DNA of 64,000 nucleotides from contig NC_043003.1 of NCBI RefSeq assembly GCF_006345805.1, positions 83,824,001 to 83,888,000 on the forward strand, read 5' to 3'. This document shows positions 38,461-51,193 of this stretch, piece after piece (within the stretch, counting starts at the first letter, position 1; every line of letters starts with the position of its first letter). Source of the stretch: Octopus sinensis (Eukaryota). Both the position numbers and the translations under genes were made by a program. Under the pieces are notes generated by a model, which saw only the letters and a list, made by a program, of their open reading frames with translations, ran no database searches and was not told where the DNA came from.

Positions 38461-40488
38461 TTCTACTTATGATCTTGAAATTATGTAAATGCGGTAAGCA
38501 GGCAAAAGTGTTAGAGCACCAGACAAAATACTTTGTGATACTTTTCAGGGTCAATAAACAAGTACCAGTTGAGCACAGTGGTCAATGCAATTGATTTAAT
38601 TCTTGCCCTAAAACGCTGGCCTTGTACCAACCATTATCTTGAAACATATGAAGATAACTTGAACTGGGCAATTAAGTAGACATTCTGTGTCACATTTATG
38701 TTCATTTTGATTGTGAAATTGGATTCACAAAGGAGCTTTTTGACACTTTAGGAATTGGGTCAAACTAATTGCACCATTGTTATTTATCAAGATTTTCAAA
38801 CACATCCTTTCCAAATTGCTGATGTTAGCGCAAAAGGTTATTTTAATTATTTAACATCACACTTTATGCCTAATAGCATCATGAATTGTAGGTTTTTTTC
38901 ATAAACCAATTAACGATTCAGTTCTTTTTGATGATAAAAATGAATATTTTGGCACAAGACCGTTAACAGTGATGGTTTTGCCCTGATGTTCACGTCATTC
39001 GTTGATATTCAAGTTGATATGTCATTTACTTTTTACAGCAAAGTTAAAACTGTGTAATGAATGGTAGTTATGTTATTGCGCTCCACTCAGGAATGATGAA
39101 AACATGTAGTTAACCTAGACGAGTTTGAACTTTGAACGTGGTAAGGACGTCACTAAATACTGCCCTCTAGTTTCCATTCTCGGAGGTGTGGGTCGATGAG
39201 ACCTTCGAGACAGGCTGGAAATAGGGGAGAAGAAACTGGAGACCTAATATGAATACTTAAAACAGAATGGGCTTCCCTAAAGACAATGAGCGAAACATTA
39301 AGTGCACAAATGATGATGGTGATGATGATGACGGATTCTTTTAGCAGGACGCCGAGCGAATTTTAGCAAGGATGCGAGATTGCTGTTAATTATATATATA
39401 TACCTTAAGATATAAGAAGAGTTTCATTTAGGGAGTGCGACAGATCGAAACTTAACTCCAAATGGAAGTGGGATTTTGAATTTAGAAAGTGGAGGTGATG
39501 AGACGAAAGCTTTAGACAAATGCTAAACTGTTTTTGTACCAATCAAATGTAAACAGAGTAACAGATGGATACGCACACACAGCCAGAAGGAAGTAGGAGA
39601 CAACAGATTTCTACAGTAACATCTCATTCATTATTTTGAAAAAAATGTAATAATAAAAAGACACAGATTTTGACCGGTGAAATATAGCTCACGTTGACAA
39701 GTTGTTATAAACTTAAAACAATGAGCATCAGATGTCACCTAACCTCTATCAGGGGGGGGGGGGCTAACTATCTAAATATTAGATGGTTTATTTAATTGTG
39801 GGGGGATATAAAAGGTACAGTGAGATATACTGAAGGACTCAAAGTTCAACTGGTTGTAGAAGGAAAGAAAGAGGGAGAAGGGGGGGACAGTTCGACAGAA
39901 GTCAAAGTAACCGAAGTTCACTTCGTTATTGTTTACCTCATCAAGGTGAGCTCTGAAGAAGTTCATCTATATAATTGAAGATGTTCAAGTTGTGGCCGCT
40001 ATCCCTTTTTCCTTTCTTCGTGCATTTACGTAGGTGTCTCTTTTAATATATATATATATATAATTTTTTTAGGTCAGAATATAATTTGAGCGGGGAAGGT
40101 TAACAACTATTTGCAGCAGGTCAAACACGAGAAACTAATTTAATTACTGCTGCACGCCTTTACAGAAAACGACAATAAAGCAATATAAGATACTCCGAAG
40201 GGTATATAATTAATTAACTGCATTGTGAGTTGTAAGTAGCAGACCAAGGAGAGAATGTTTTCATATAACAATGTAAATAAACATACTATACATATTCTAA
40301 TTCATAGTTATTCATCATCTAATATATCATGGGCACTTGCACGAAGCACTCGGCCCTTCGTCCACTTCTGTAACTTTCTGCCAATTAAAGAATAACAAAG
40401 TAAATATACTCATGGATTGAGTTTTTCTATTCTACCAAACCTCAGTGTGTGTGTGTGTGTAAGTTTCTTCGGTGTATGTATGTACGTA

Positions 40489-40520
<32 letters not shown>

Positions 40521-40521
40521 T

Positions 40522-40553
<32 letters not shown>

Positions 40554-40643
40554 GTAGATAGATAGATAGATAGACAGATAGATAGACAGATAGATAGATA
40601 GATAGGTAGATAGATAGACAGAGAGATAGATAGATAGACAGAG

Positions 40644-40692
<49 letters not shown>

Positions 40693-42915
40693 TCTTAATA
40701 TAATTTGGATTAAAAAAGAAAAGAACTAGATATTTTGAATCTCGAGGTCGTTCGTGTGAGGTTTTAGAAAATAGACAACTTCGAAAGTGAAACCAGGAAT
40801 TAATTTTAAGGTTTTAAGAGAATTAACCACTAGTTATTATGAACTTGGTAGATCTGGACAAAAAAACTAGCAATAAAGGTGAATTGGACGAACGATGGGA
40901 ATTTTTCAAAAAACGAACTACGGCGATTCACTTAATAAAAATACTGTCACGACAAATTTAGACTGAAAGGAATTGAAAAAAAAAAAAAAAATTAGTTTAT
41001 ATAATAATAATAAAAAAAAATGTAACTAACCATAAAAAATGTTTACGCATATTTAGTGTCTGTGCTTTTGGTAACTTTTCCATGTTAAAAATGATCTGCG
41101 AGAATATGGTGAGAAGCTTTTCGTTCGTGTATATTTGCGTTTCTGCGTGATTGCTTGTTTACAATTGTTGCTTTGACTGAAGAAAATGGTTGCGTAAAGA
41201 AACATTTAACAGGAGCAGCAGCAACAACAACAGCAGCAGCTTATCGACGAACCAACCTCTACACTAAACTATCCTACTGCTACTCCACTTACCCTCTCTC
41301 TACGGATCACACACGTCTATCTATCTCTACTAAATAACCGCTATCATATCTACATCATCATCATCATTATCATCATCATGATCGTCATCATTGTCGTTAT
41401 TATTATTAATATTATTATTATCGACTTTGCCTTTCATCCTTTCGGGGTTGATAAATTAAGCACCAGTTACGCACTGGGGGGGTCGATGTAATCGACTTAA
41501 CCCATCTGTCTGTCCTTGTTTGTCCCCTCGGTGTTTAGCCCCTTGTGGGTAGTAAAGAAATAGTTATTATTATTATTATCATCATCGTCATCATCATCAT
41601 TACGATCCCTAACAACTTCGCTGCAAAAATCGTCGTCGTCGCCCCCCCCCACACACACACAAGTCAACGAGAGACATTTTTACGTTGCCTCTCGACTTAG
41701 CTGGCCATAACAGCCAAACCACCCTCAAACCATAAACTATCATCATAAAAAAAAAACTGGAACGCCTTTGATCAAAGGACGATTCAGTCAAGATTGACCT
41801 GGGGTTAAATAACAGCAATATCAGCAGTTTCTACGAATACCACCAACGCCACCACTGCCTCATGCTACCACTACCATCGGTGCATCCACTGTTATAATTA
41901 TCATTATCTCAATCAGCCTTTTAAAATACCAATACCACCACCACCACCATTTCTAGCTTTTACCATCGTCACATCCCCCTCCTATAACTGCTCCTCTCAT
42001 CTCTGCACTTTACAACATCACCTTACGCCACCACATGTTAATATCATTACCAATCATAAACATTATCGCTATACCCACCCCCCACTTGCATTAACAAGCG
42101 TCACACATAGAGTGACTATCACCTCTACTGCTTCTCCGCCTCGAGCTAGTTGGTTAGTTATCTCTCTTTCTCTAACTAGATATCTCTTTCTATACACACA
42201 CACACATACATATTGTCACTTACTACTAACGCTATTCTGCTACCACAGAATCTCCCCCTTTTATTCCGTTCTTTTTATTTTCACATGACCTCAGTCGAAG
42301 AGCAAGGGCAATTCCCAGGACCTTTCAGGGACTTCAAAAATGACAGGAAGAAATCGCACCCCTACCATCGTATAAGAAGAAAATAAAACTAATAAAGCAA
42401 GGCTGCATTGTCCGTGGTACAGAATGCATTAGAAGAAAAAAAACAAATGGTCAAGGCTAGAGTATTTGATCTGTTCAACAAGTCAAGGCTGTAATGAGAT
42501 TGAATTAAAAAAAAAAAAACTCTTGTCACTGTCATCAGGAGACAGTATGCAATTGCCCGGTTTGCTAGAAATAGCAGCTAACTATACCTCAACTCATACC
42601 ATTAAATAATTAAAGGAATGCACAACGGATAATATACAAAAACACAGGATGGTCATATTAGAAAGCCTTCGATCAGTTCATAGGTCAGCGCAAAGAGGGC
42701 TTATCTGAGCTTAAACATCATCATCTTCAATATAGATAAGCCAGTATCACTAGTGCGCTTTCACCACCATACCCCTCGTCATCACCTTCACTCATAATAG
42801 AAGTCTTCTATTATTATCAGCGCCATTTGCAGCTTTTCTTCTCACTTTTGTCTTATTGTTATTAAATATTTATTTTTCTTCTCGCTAGTCAGTTTATCTA
42901 CCCATCTATTTCTAT

Positions 42916-42976
<61 letters not shown>

Positions 42977-43291
42977 ATCTGTTTATCTGGTTGCTAACAC
43001 AATTCATCTCATTGTACTTTTCTTGTACTTCTCAGCCTCTTCCTCCACCTTTTTTCTTCCCAGCCACGTTTACCTAAAAACTATATATATATTTTTTTAT
43101 AAATACACTAATTCTCTCCTCCTGCTTGTCATTGTTCTTCCATCATTCATCAACACAAGACATACTCACAGCGTCTAGTCTTTCGACTCGCTAGAAACGC
43201 GCAATTTTATTCACATTGCAGAGATCTTTTTTCTCGAGGTGGTGGAGTATTTCACGAAAGTGAAAGTTGTAAATTAAAGCACACACACACA

Positions 43292-43381
<90 letters not shown>

Positions 43382-43382
43382 A

Positions 43383-43419
<37 letters not shown>

Positions 43420-43876
43420 GAAAGAATGGAGTCGAACGAAGATTTTAACAAAATTCCTTTACTCTCAACACATGTTTTGAAGACTGCATACTCTCAATTC
43501 CGAAGGAATAAAGGGTGCATTATGCCGTTTTCTCATCAGGAAAGACATCGCTCTCGCTCTCTCTCTCTCTCTCTCTCACTTTCTCTCTCTCTCTACCTCG
43601 CTCGCTCGCTCTCTGAACACTACATTTTTCTGAAAATTATCGGGAGAAAATTTGAAAAACTTTAAGCTTGGAAGAAATGTAACAAGAATCACACACACAG
43701 ACGTTATATAGAGAAATTGTATAGCAAGGTGCAGGCGTGGTTCTGTGGGAAGAAGCTTGTTTCCCAATTACATGATTCTGGGTTCATTCCCAGTGCATGG
43801 TACCTTGGACAAGTGTCTTCTGCTATAGCTTTGGGTTGATCAAAGCCTTGTAAGTGGATTTGGTTGAAGGATTGGC

Positions 43877-45543
43877 TACCCCAATTGAAAAGGCCCAATC
43901 GTCCCCTTTTTGCATGCACGTCACCTACGTGCCCTTCCTCTTCCAGTCAGCTCCCCAGTTGCTGACGTCATCTCACACGCCACCTTAATCTTAAAGATCA
44001 CATCCCCCCTACTCCACTTCGAAGTCCACAATCCAACCGGGAGGGCTCCTTGTGCGTCGAGATTTTCTCAAGCTTGGAACCTCGTTCTCCTCCTCTCCAC
44101 AAACGTCATCCGACGAAGCGACAATCCTGTAAAGGTCCAAACATGTCGTAGCATTCCATCCACAGAGACGTTGTTTCTGGAATTGACTGCCATCACCGTT
44201 CCTCTGCTCCATTGAGACGTGCAGCATGCCTTGGTGGCTTAACCCAGACTTCCTTCCCTATGTTCCCACAGGCGGGTTCCTTCTCTTCCTCGTGGCACTC
44301 CAACGCTTTACTGGTATGCTTCCTTTCATATTTAAATACTGCTCTGTGTGGCACAGATTCTTCAGCTTGTCCGGATCGGGGAGACATGTTATACCAGAAA
44401 ACTGCTTCCAGCAGTGAAATGTGCCCTCTTTCTACTATGGCCTTGACTGTCCAATGGTGCCTCTCTACGACTCCGTTACTTCTCGCCCTATATGCTGCTC
44501 TGAACAAGCAACACACTTTCCACCGGTCGAGCATATCCCTCAATGCTTCCAAATGAAATGCTGCCCCATTGTCCATTAGCAGTTCTTCCATGGGACCCCT
44601 CTCTAAAAACATCCTGTTTAAAATCTGCACAATCTCATCACCAATGCCCATCCTCAACTCCCTCCAAATGGCTATTCGGCCCAGCCCACAGTCGTTCATG
44701 GAGAGATATGTTCCCTGATGGTGGTGCGTCACATCCACAGCTAGTCTCTTCCAGTTGTGCTCCACTGAAAGGTTTGCAGTGCCATCATTTTGCCCCCGGG
44801 CAATTGCTGCAGTCAAATCCTTACATCATCAGGGAATCCACTTACGAACGCCAGTCGCATTGCTCTGTCCAGGCCTTCTCCCATAAACCCAGCTAGCATG
44901 GCCAGCCTACACACTTCCGCCACATATTCATCCTCCTGCTCTCCCGTCCATCTAATCGTTCCCAGCTTAACAAAGCTGTATACTCACACTCGGTATAAAC
45001 CTCTCTCAGATGTCACTCCATCTTCTCGCTCAGTCATTCTTATTTGTCCATCTCGAGATATAGAGTCAATGTGCTCCCTTCTAAATATAGTGTCATAAGG
45101 CTTGCCATGTCACTAATGCCTTGCAATCTTGCCACATGACTGATTTTATGCATCCAGGCTACTACATCGCCCTCACCATTAAAGCGCCTGATAACATCAC
45201 TGGCGATCCTAATTTTAGTTGCCATCGTGGAGATGTCTTATGTGGAGTGCCAAAATAACTTGTGGTGCATGCGGGAGATTAGCAGTAAGACACCTACCTT
45301 CTCTTCATCGATGCAAACCTCTCCAGTGGTAATGCACCCTTCCCCATGGCCCGACCTGAATGCTAAAAATAGCAGCTGCTGTCCCTCACCTTGTCGAAGA
45401 GCTCACACATCCAACACTCTCGACTATCCCGATTGAAAAGGCCCAATCGTCCCCTGCCTGCGTGCATATCACCTACGTGCCCTTCCTCTTCTGGTCAGCT
45501 CCCAAGTCCCAGTCAGCTCCCCAGCTGCTGACGTCATCCTACA
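43877..45543 (-). mobile_element. Internally deleted Gypsy-type LTR retrotransposon (gag N-terminus joined to integrase)
   Basis: Direct repeats at 43877-43977 and about 45425-45543, both starting TG on the minus strand. gag-like MATKIRIASDVIRRFNGEGDVVAW at 45225. Integrase LAVDVTH..LMDNG..SNGVVERHH has 35 residues between D and E. No protease, RT or RNase H is present. Confidence 0.9.
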
Positions 45544-46014
45544 ATAACCAGTGTTACGTTTCCATTCCCTGTAACATAGCAGTTCAGCAAAAGAGACTGA
45601 TAGAGTAAGTACCAGGCTTAAAAAAGTAAAAGGTACTGAGGTCAATTCATTCGATTACAAATTCTTCAAATCTGTGCCCTAGCATGGTCAGTCTAATGAC
45701 AGAAACTTCATTGGAAATTGTTATTGGCTTGTTTATCAAGAAAGTTTACTGAAACACTTGATATTTCTCAGTCTTTCAATCTCCAAGTGATTGTCACAAC
45801 TACACAACTATCATCATCATCATTTAGTGTCTACTTTCCATGCTGGTATGGGTCAGATGGTTTGACTGAAACTGGTAAGCTATAAAGATGCACCTAGATC
45901 CAATCTGGTTTGGTATGGTTGGATGCCCTTTCTAACACCAACCACTCTAAGAGTGAAATGGTTGCTTTATATGTGCCAGTTACATGACATCGGCATGATA
46001 ATATATATATTATG

Positions 46015-46205
46015 TGCGGGTGGCACGTAAAAAGCACCCACTACACTCGCGGAGTGGTTGGCGTTAGGAAGGGCATCCAGCCGTAGAAACACTGCCAGAT
46101 CAGACTGGGCCTGATGCAGCCTTCTGGCTTCACAGACCCCAGTTGAACCGTCCAACCCATGCTAGCATGGAAAGCGGACGCTAAATGATGATGATGATGA
46201 TGATG
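46015..46205 (+). mobile_element. RTE 3'UTR/tail fragment
   Basis: Ends catggaaagcggacgctaaa(TGA)n and is inverted relative to the copy at 45808-45990. Confidence 0.85.
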
Positions 46206-47289
46206 ATATATATATATATATATATATTATGACCTTCTTGCAGTTTCCATCTGCCAAATCCACTCACAAGGCTTTGATTAGCCCAAGGCTATAGTACATA
46301 ACAATTGCTCATGATTCCACACGGTGGGGCTGAACCCAGAACTATGTCGTTGGGAAGCAAGCTTCTTATCGCACAGCCAATTCTCTTGGGCAGCAAGAAA
46401 TAGCAGCCAGTTTTCTTCAACTCCCACTCTGCTGCTCAGTTCTCAGCATTTTGTTACTGTGACCCATTTTAACATTCCTGTAATCCTTTGTGGCCCTTTT
46501 TTTTTCAAAACATTTCTAAGGGACACACTTAACATTTGTTATATTTCTTCAGGGAAATGTTCCTCAAATTTTGTTTGCAGCAAATATTATGGTCTCACCA
46601 TTATCTATGGTTTATTGTATAACATATTTTTGAATGCAATTGTGCATTGCAGAAGTCATCAGTCATTTTAAATTAAAAACACATGTTAATTAAATAAATA
46701 ATTAATTATTGCACTTGCAGCAATGTAGTTAAAATGTTCGCTTCCCAATCACATGGTAACAGGTTCAGTCTCACTGGGTGTCACCTTGGACAAATGTCTT
46801 TTTGTCTTGATGCCACATGCTAATTGTAAACAAACCTCCCTGTCATACATGGTGTGTTGTTCATTTGGAATCTTCAGTGAAAACAAGTCCCACTATTGTG
46901 CTGTTTCTGTACAAAGGACTAGAGAAAATATTACTTTGCTTATAAACAGGTGAGAGTTGGTGACAGAAAGAGCATTCAACTGTAGGAAATCTATTTTACC
47001 CATTTACTGGGGAAATCAAATATATCCTCTCAAAATTCAATTACCCCTAATTGCAGGAGGCAATTTTTATTTTGTACTGTCCCATCTTTTGTTGAATATC
47101 ATGTTCAAAACTATAATTTTTGCTGTGATATGTTAAGTTTATTGAGGAAATGTGATCTGTTGAAAATACTAATTCTATTTTTTTTTTTTTTTTGTGCTAG
47201 ATATTTAATATAATCACTGAAATAACCATGAAATTCTATCTTGCATTTAAAGGATTAAATAAATTTTGTCTGACTGAAGCGAGAATAGA

Positions 47290-47702
47290 GAAGTGGGTTT
47301 TAAAATCAGTGGTGGTGGTGGTGATGGCGGTTGTGGCAGTGGTGGTGGTGGTGGTGGTGGTGGCGGCTGTGGCAGTGGTGGTGGTGATGGTGGTGGTGGT
47401 GGTGGTGGTGGTGGTGGTGGTGGTGGTTGGTGGCGGCGGTGGTGGCAGTGGTGGTGGTGATGGTGGTGGTGGTGGTGGTGGTGGTGGTGGTGATGGCGGT
47501 TGTGGCAGTGGTGGTGGTGGTGGTGGTGGCGGCTGTGGCAGTGGTGGTGGTGATGGTGGTGGTGGTGGTGGTGGTGGTGGTTGTGGTGGCGGCGGTGGTG
47601 GCAGTGATGATGACAACAATGACGATGGTGGTGGTGATGATGACAGTGACAACTACGACAGCAGCAACAACAACAACAGCAGCAACAATGACAACGACAA
47701 CA
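47290..47702. repeat. Degenerate (GGT)n then (CAA/GAC)n trinucleotide array
   Basis: Runs of ggt with recurring higher-order blocks (gatggcggttgtggcagt). Confidence 0.9.
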
Positions 47703-47886
47703 ATCTGTCAGACTTTCAAAACACACACACAAAATCCAAATATTTGCTATCACCTTTCATTTTATCAAATGTCTAAAAAGTAAAAACTGTTTTTTTTTTT
47801 TCTTTTAATTCTAACTTAGACAGTGACCCATATATTAGGAACAGCTGCATGGAAAAGGAATGACGCTTTGCATAATGTAGCCCTAA

Positions 47887-47889
<3 letters not shown>

Positions 47890-47917
<28 letters not shown>

Positions 47918-48400
47918 TGTGTACAGTGCTCAGGTGCACTACAACTCATCTAAAGTGTATATATAGTCAGGTGTAGTTTCGGCGGATTTCGGAAAGCATG
48001 AGGGCCTTAAAGGATGCAGTGTCATGGCAGTCAACAACTGATGCAGGCAGTTTATTCCATGCTTCAGCAACTCTGAGCGTGAAAAAATGTTTCCGAAAGT
48101 CATGGGAGCTGTGTTGTTTTCTGACTTTGTAGGCATGTCCACGTGTGTTAGACACATGGAGATCAAAAAGGTGTTCAGTGTTGTTGTTGGTGAGGTGGTT
48201 GATAACTTTGTGGGTGTTTACCAAGTCCGTCGCCAGACGCCGGAGCTTCAGTTTAATCCATGCTCAGGGAAACAAGGCGCTCAGAATATGGTAGGTGTCT
48301 GATGGAGGGTATGCGTTTGGTTGCACGTCTCTGGACAGATTCCAGGAGGTCAATGATATACTCAATGATAGGCTGGATTGCAATCAATTCCAGTTCTGGT
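47890..48400 (-). mobile_element. CR1-type LINE 3' end
   Basis: SNTRGHAYKVRKQHSSHDFRKHFFTLRVAEAWNKLPASVV motif and a TAA/ATT trinucleotide tail. Confidence 0.88.
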
Positions 48401-49829
48401 CATATATCTGCTCATTCAGTGCCAACTTAAGATAAACTAAATCGTCATCATCATCATAATTTAACGTCTATTTTCCCAGCTGGTATGGGTTGGATGGTTT
48501 GACTGAAAACTTGTAAGCTGGGGAGCTGCACCAGGTTCCAATCTGATTGGGATGCCCTTCCTAATGTGAACCACTCCAAGAGTGTTGTGAGTGCTTTTCA
48601 CATGCTATCAGCATTGACAGGGCACTGGCATCAGCCACAACTACGATTTCACTTGGCTTGACAGATCTACACAAGCACAGTATATCGCCAAAGGTCTTGG
48701 TCATCTGTCACTGCCTCCATGAGGCCCAAAGCTTGATATGTATATATATATATGTATATATATGTATAAAGTTCACTGTGTTTGTATACTCTATGCACAG
48801 CTGAACAGCTTGATTAATCTGTACCAAATTTGGCATGAAGGTTTTTCAATACTCAGAGAAGGTTCTGGCAGGGTCAAACTTTGGCCTTTGTCCATACAGG
48901 GGGCTGTAGCACCCCCTCCACAACCCTTCTATTTTTTTTCAGATTCTTATGTTTTCAATGGTGAAGATTCTGAATATGCAAAAAAACATTTTAAATTCAG
49001 CCCCACCTCCCAAATTTTAAATTTTAAAGTTATTTGCAAATTTTTTTCAATCTACATGGAAAAATACGGAGATTAAGAATATGGAAAAACAAAATTTTTA
49101 TGAAGAACTCCATACACCCCTCACCACCCCATTCCATTGTCTAAAACTGAAAATGAACAGCTAAAAATATTAGCTAAATATCTGGAAAATTTCTGTGTTT
49201 GTGTGTGCGCGTATACAACAATTTCTACAACTTATGCGAATGAACAGAGAAAGTAAATAGAAATATGTTTCACATACCTGTCATATACTTCGGTTTTGTT
49301 TTTTCGCTTTAAAGGTAAACGATTCTGATAGAAGCATACACGATGTTGAATAATTTTCTGTCATACATCTACAACTCTACCTCTTTTTTTTTAAAGTAAA
49401 GATAAATGCTTTTTAATTGCGATAATAAAACAACGGGTTTAGTCCTTACCACCGAAATTAATTTCTCTTGCAAAAGAGAGGGTGGCATTTTCTCTCTTTT
49501 TCAATATTTGATAAGAGGAGAAAATATGTTGTTACCAAAAATGTTAATACTTTACTAACTTGATCGATCTGTCACTGAACCAGAATTTTAATTTCATTTG
49601 ATACACACTTTGCTATCATTTATATGGAGAAATGCAAACATGGCATATAAAGATAACTTATTTTAATAGAATTTTTATGAGTACATTTCCATAAATGTTT
49701 TTCTTATGTACTAACCCCCCCCCCCCACCACACACACACACACACCTACACATTTATGCACATGGCTACACATGTACAAATTGCCATTTTAGAAGTTTTT
49801 ATTATTTTAGAATGAAGAACACAAACATA

Positions 49830-50222
49830 GGCGCAGGAGTGGCTGTGTGGTAAGTAACTTGCTAACCAACCACATGGTTCCGGGTTCAGTCCCACTGTGT
49901 GGCATCTTGGGCAAGTGTCTTCTGCTATAGCCCTGGGCCGACCAATGCCTTGTGAGTGGATTTGGTAGACGGAAACTGAAAGAAGCCTGTCGTATATATG
50001 TATATATATATATGTGTCTGTGTGTGTGTTTGTGTTTGTCCCCCTAGCATTGCTTGACCACCGATGCTGGTGTGTTTACGTCCCCGTCACTTAGCGGTTC
50101 GGCAAAAGAGACCGATAGAATAAGTACTGGGCTTACAAAGAATAAGTCCCCGGGTCGATTTGCTCGACTAAAGGTGGTGCTCCAGCATGGCCGTAGTCAA
50201 ATGACTGAAACAAGTAAAGAGT
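49830..50222 (+). mobile_element. tRNA-derived SINE, major family, full length, CpG-rich
   Basis: Runs from ggcgcaggagtggctgtgtggtaag to caaatgactgaaacaagtaaagag. Confidence 0.92.
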
Positions 50223-50929
50223 ATAGGTTATGAGCCAGTGACTAAACTTGTAGTATTTTGTTGAGATTAATCCAATGACTTGACAGCAAGGTATGTAAGA
50301 AGTACTTTTCTGAAACAAAATTTCTGTGTATGGTTCTATCACACACTCATTCACACCAACACTTTCACAAAAAAGGTTGGTTACTGATAAACATAATTAT
50401 GACTGGATAAAAGTTTGTTAAGTATTTACAATAACACCATATTCACTGAATACTAACCCTAAACCATAAATTTGTTTACAGTAGGACTGGTACTAAGCCA
50501 CTGCCACCCCTGTGGTCACAGGGGGACCTCCGTGAAGAACTTGAATTACTATAATGTAAAATTTAAAATTTGATGTTGTATACAACTTAAGTAATTTTCA
50601 GAAGAAAAAGAAACAGTAAGGTTTCTAAATAACAAAAGGTCTTCATACAGATGCCCGCCCAGTGGAAATTCTTATATTGCTTTGGGTTGATTTAGACTCT
50701 TTTTCACTTTCCTTCCAGTTCAGAAATATTGCAGAAAGGAAACAGAGCCAAATATATTGTATCATTTACATTTGTTTATTCAAATCCCAGATTGGACCAA
50801 ATGTGGCTATATATTATATGCATAGTGACAGTTGTCTTACGTGTGCAATGCATATAAAAAGAACTCCTTGAGATCTTTAATCTTCCTCATTACAAACAAT
50901 GCCAAAGAAAGAAAGAAAATTTCTTCTTT

Positions 50930-51104
50930 TTTTTTTCTATATAAGTCAGTCATTCTGCTTGGGTGCTCAAGCTAGTAGGTTCATCATCATCATCATCATC
51001 ATCATCATTTATGGAAAACGGACGCTAAATGATGATGATGATGATGATGATGAACCTACTAGCTTGAGCACCCAAGCAGAATGACTGACTTATATAGAAA
51101 AAAA
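50930..51104. repeat. Near-perfect palindrome: arms of about 80 bp and a 14-nt spacer
   Basis: 50930-51011 is the reverse complement of 51026-51104 except for one CAT unit. The spacer is tggaaaacggacgc. Confidence 0.97.
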
Positions 51105-51142
51105 GAAGAAAACAAATGAAAAACAAACATGCAGCACAGAGT

Positions 51143-51193
51143 TTTGTCGGTGAACAGGTTGCGGTCTCAAAGTAATGAAAATATTTTGACAAA
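51143..51193 (+). ncRNA. Hammerhead-like motif with swapped G3:C8 core pair (second copy)
   Basis: UUUGUCG GUGAACA G GUUGC-GGUCUCAAA-GUAAU GAAA AUAU U U UGACAAA. Stem I is 7 bp, stem II is 5 bp with two G-U pairs, and stem III is the palindrome AAUAUU. Confidence 0.55.

Noticed and set aside
39490-39520. GTGATGA-gac-GAAA-GC-TT motif
   Set aside because: There is no stem II and no stem I, so it is a chance match.
47228-47783. 182-aa Val/Gly/Asp/Asn-rich ORF and overlapping poly-Pro/His/Cys ORFs
   Set aside because: They are translations of a trinucleotide array that is open in many frames.
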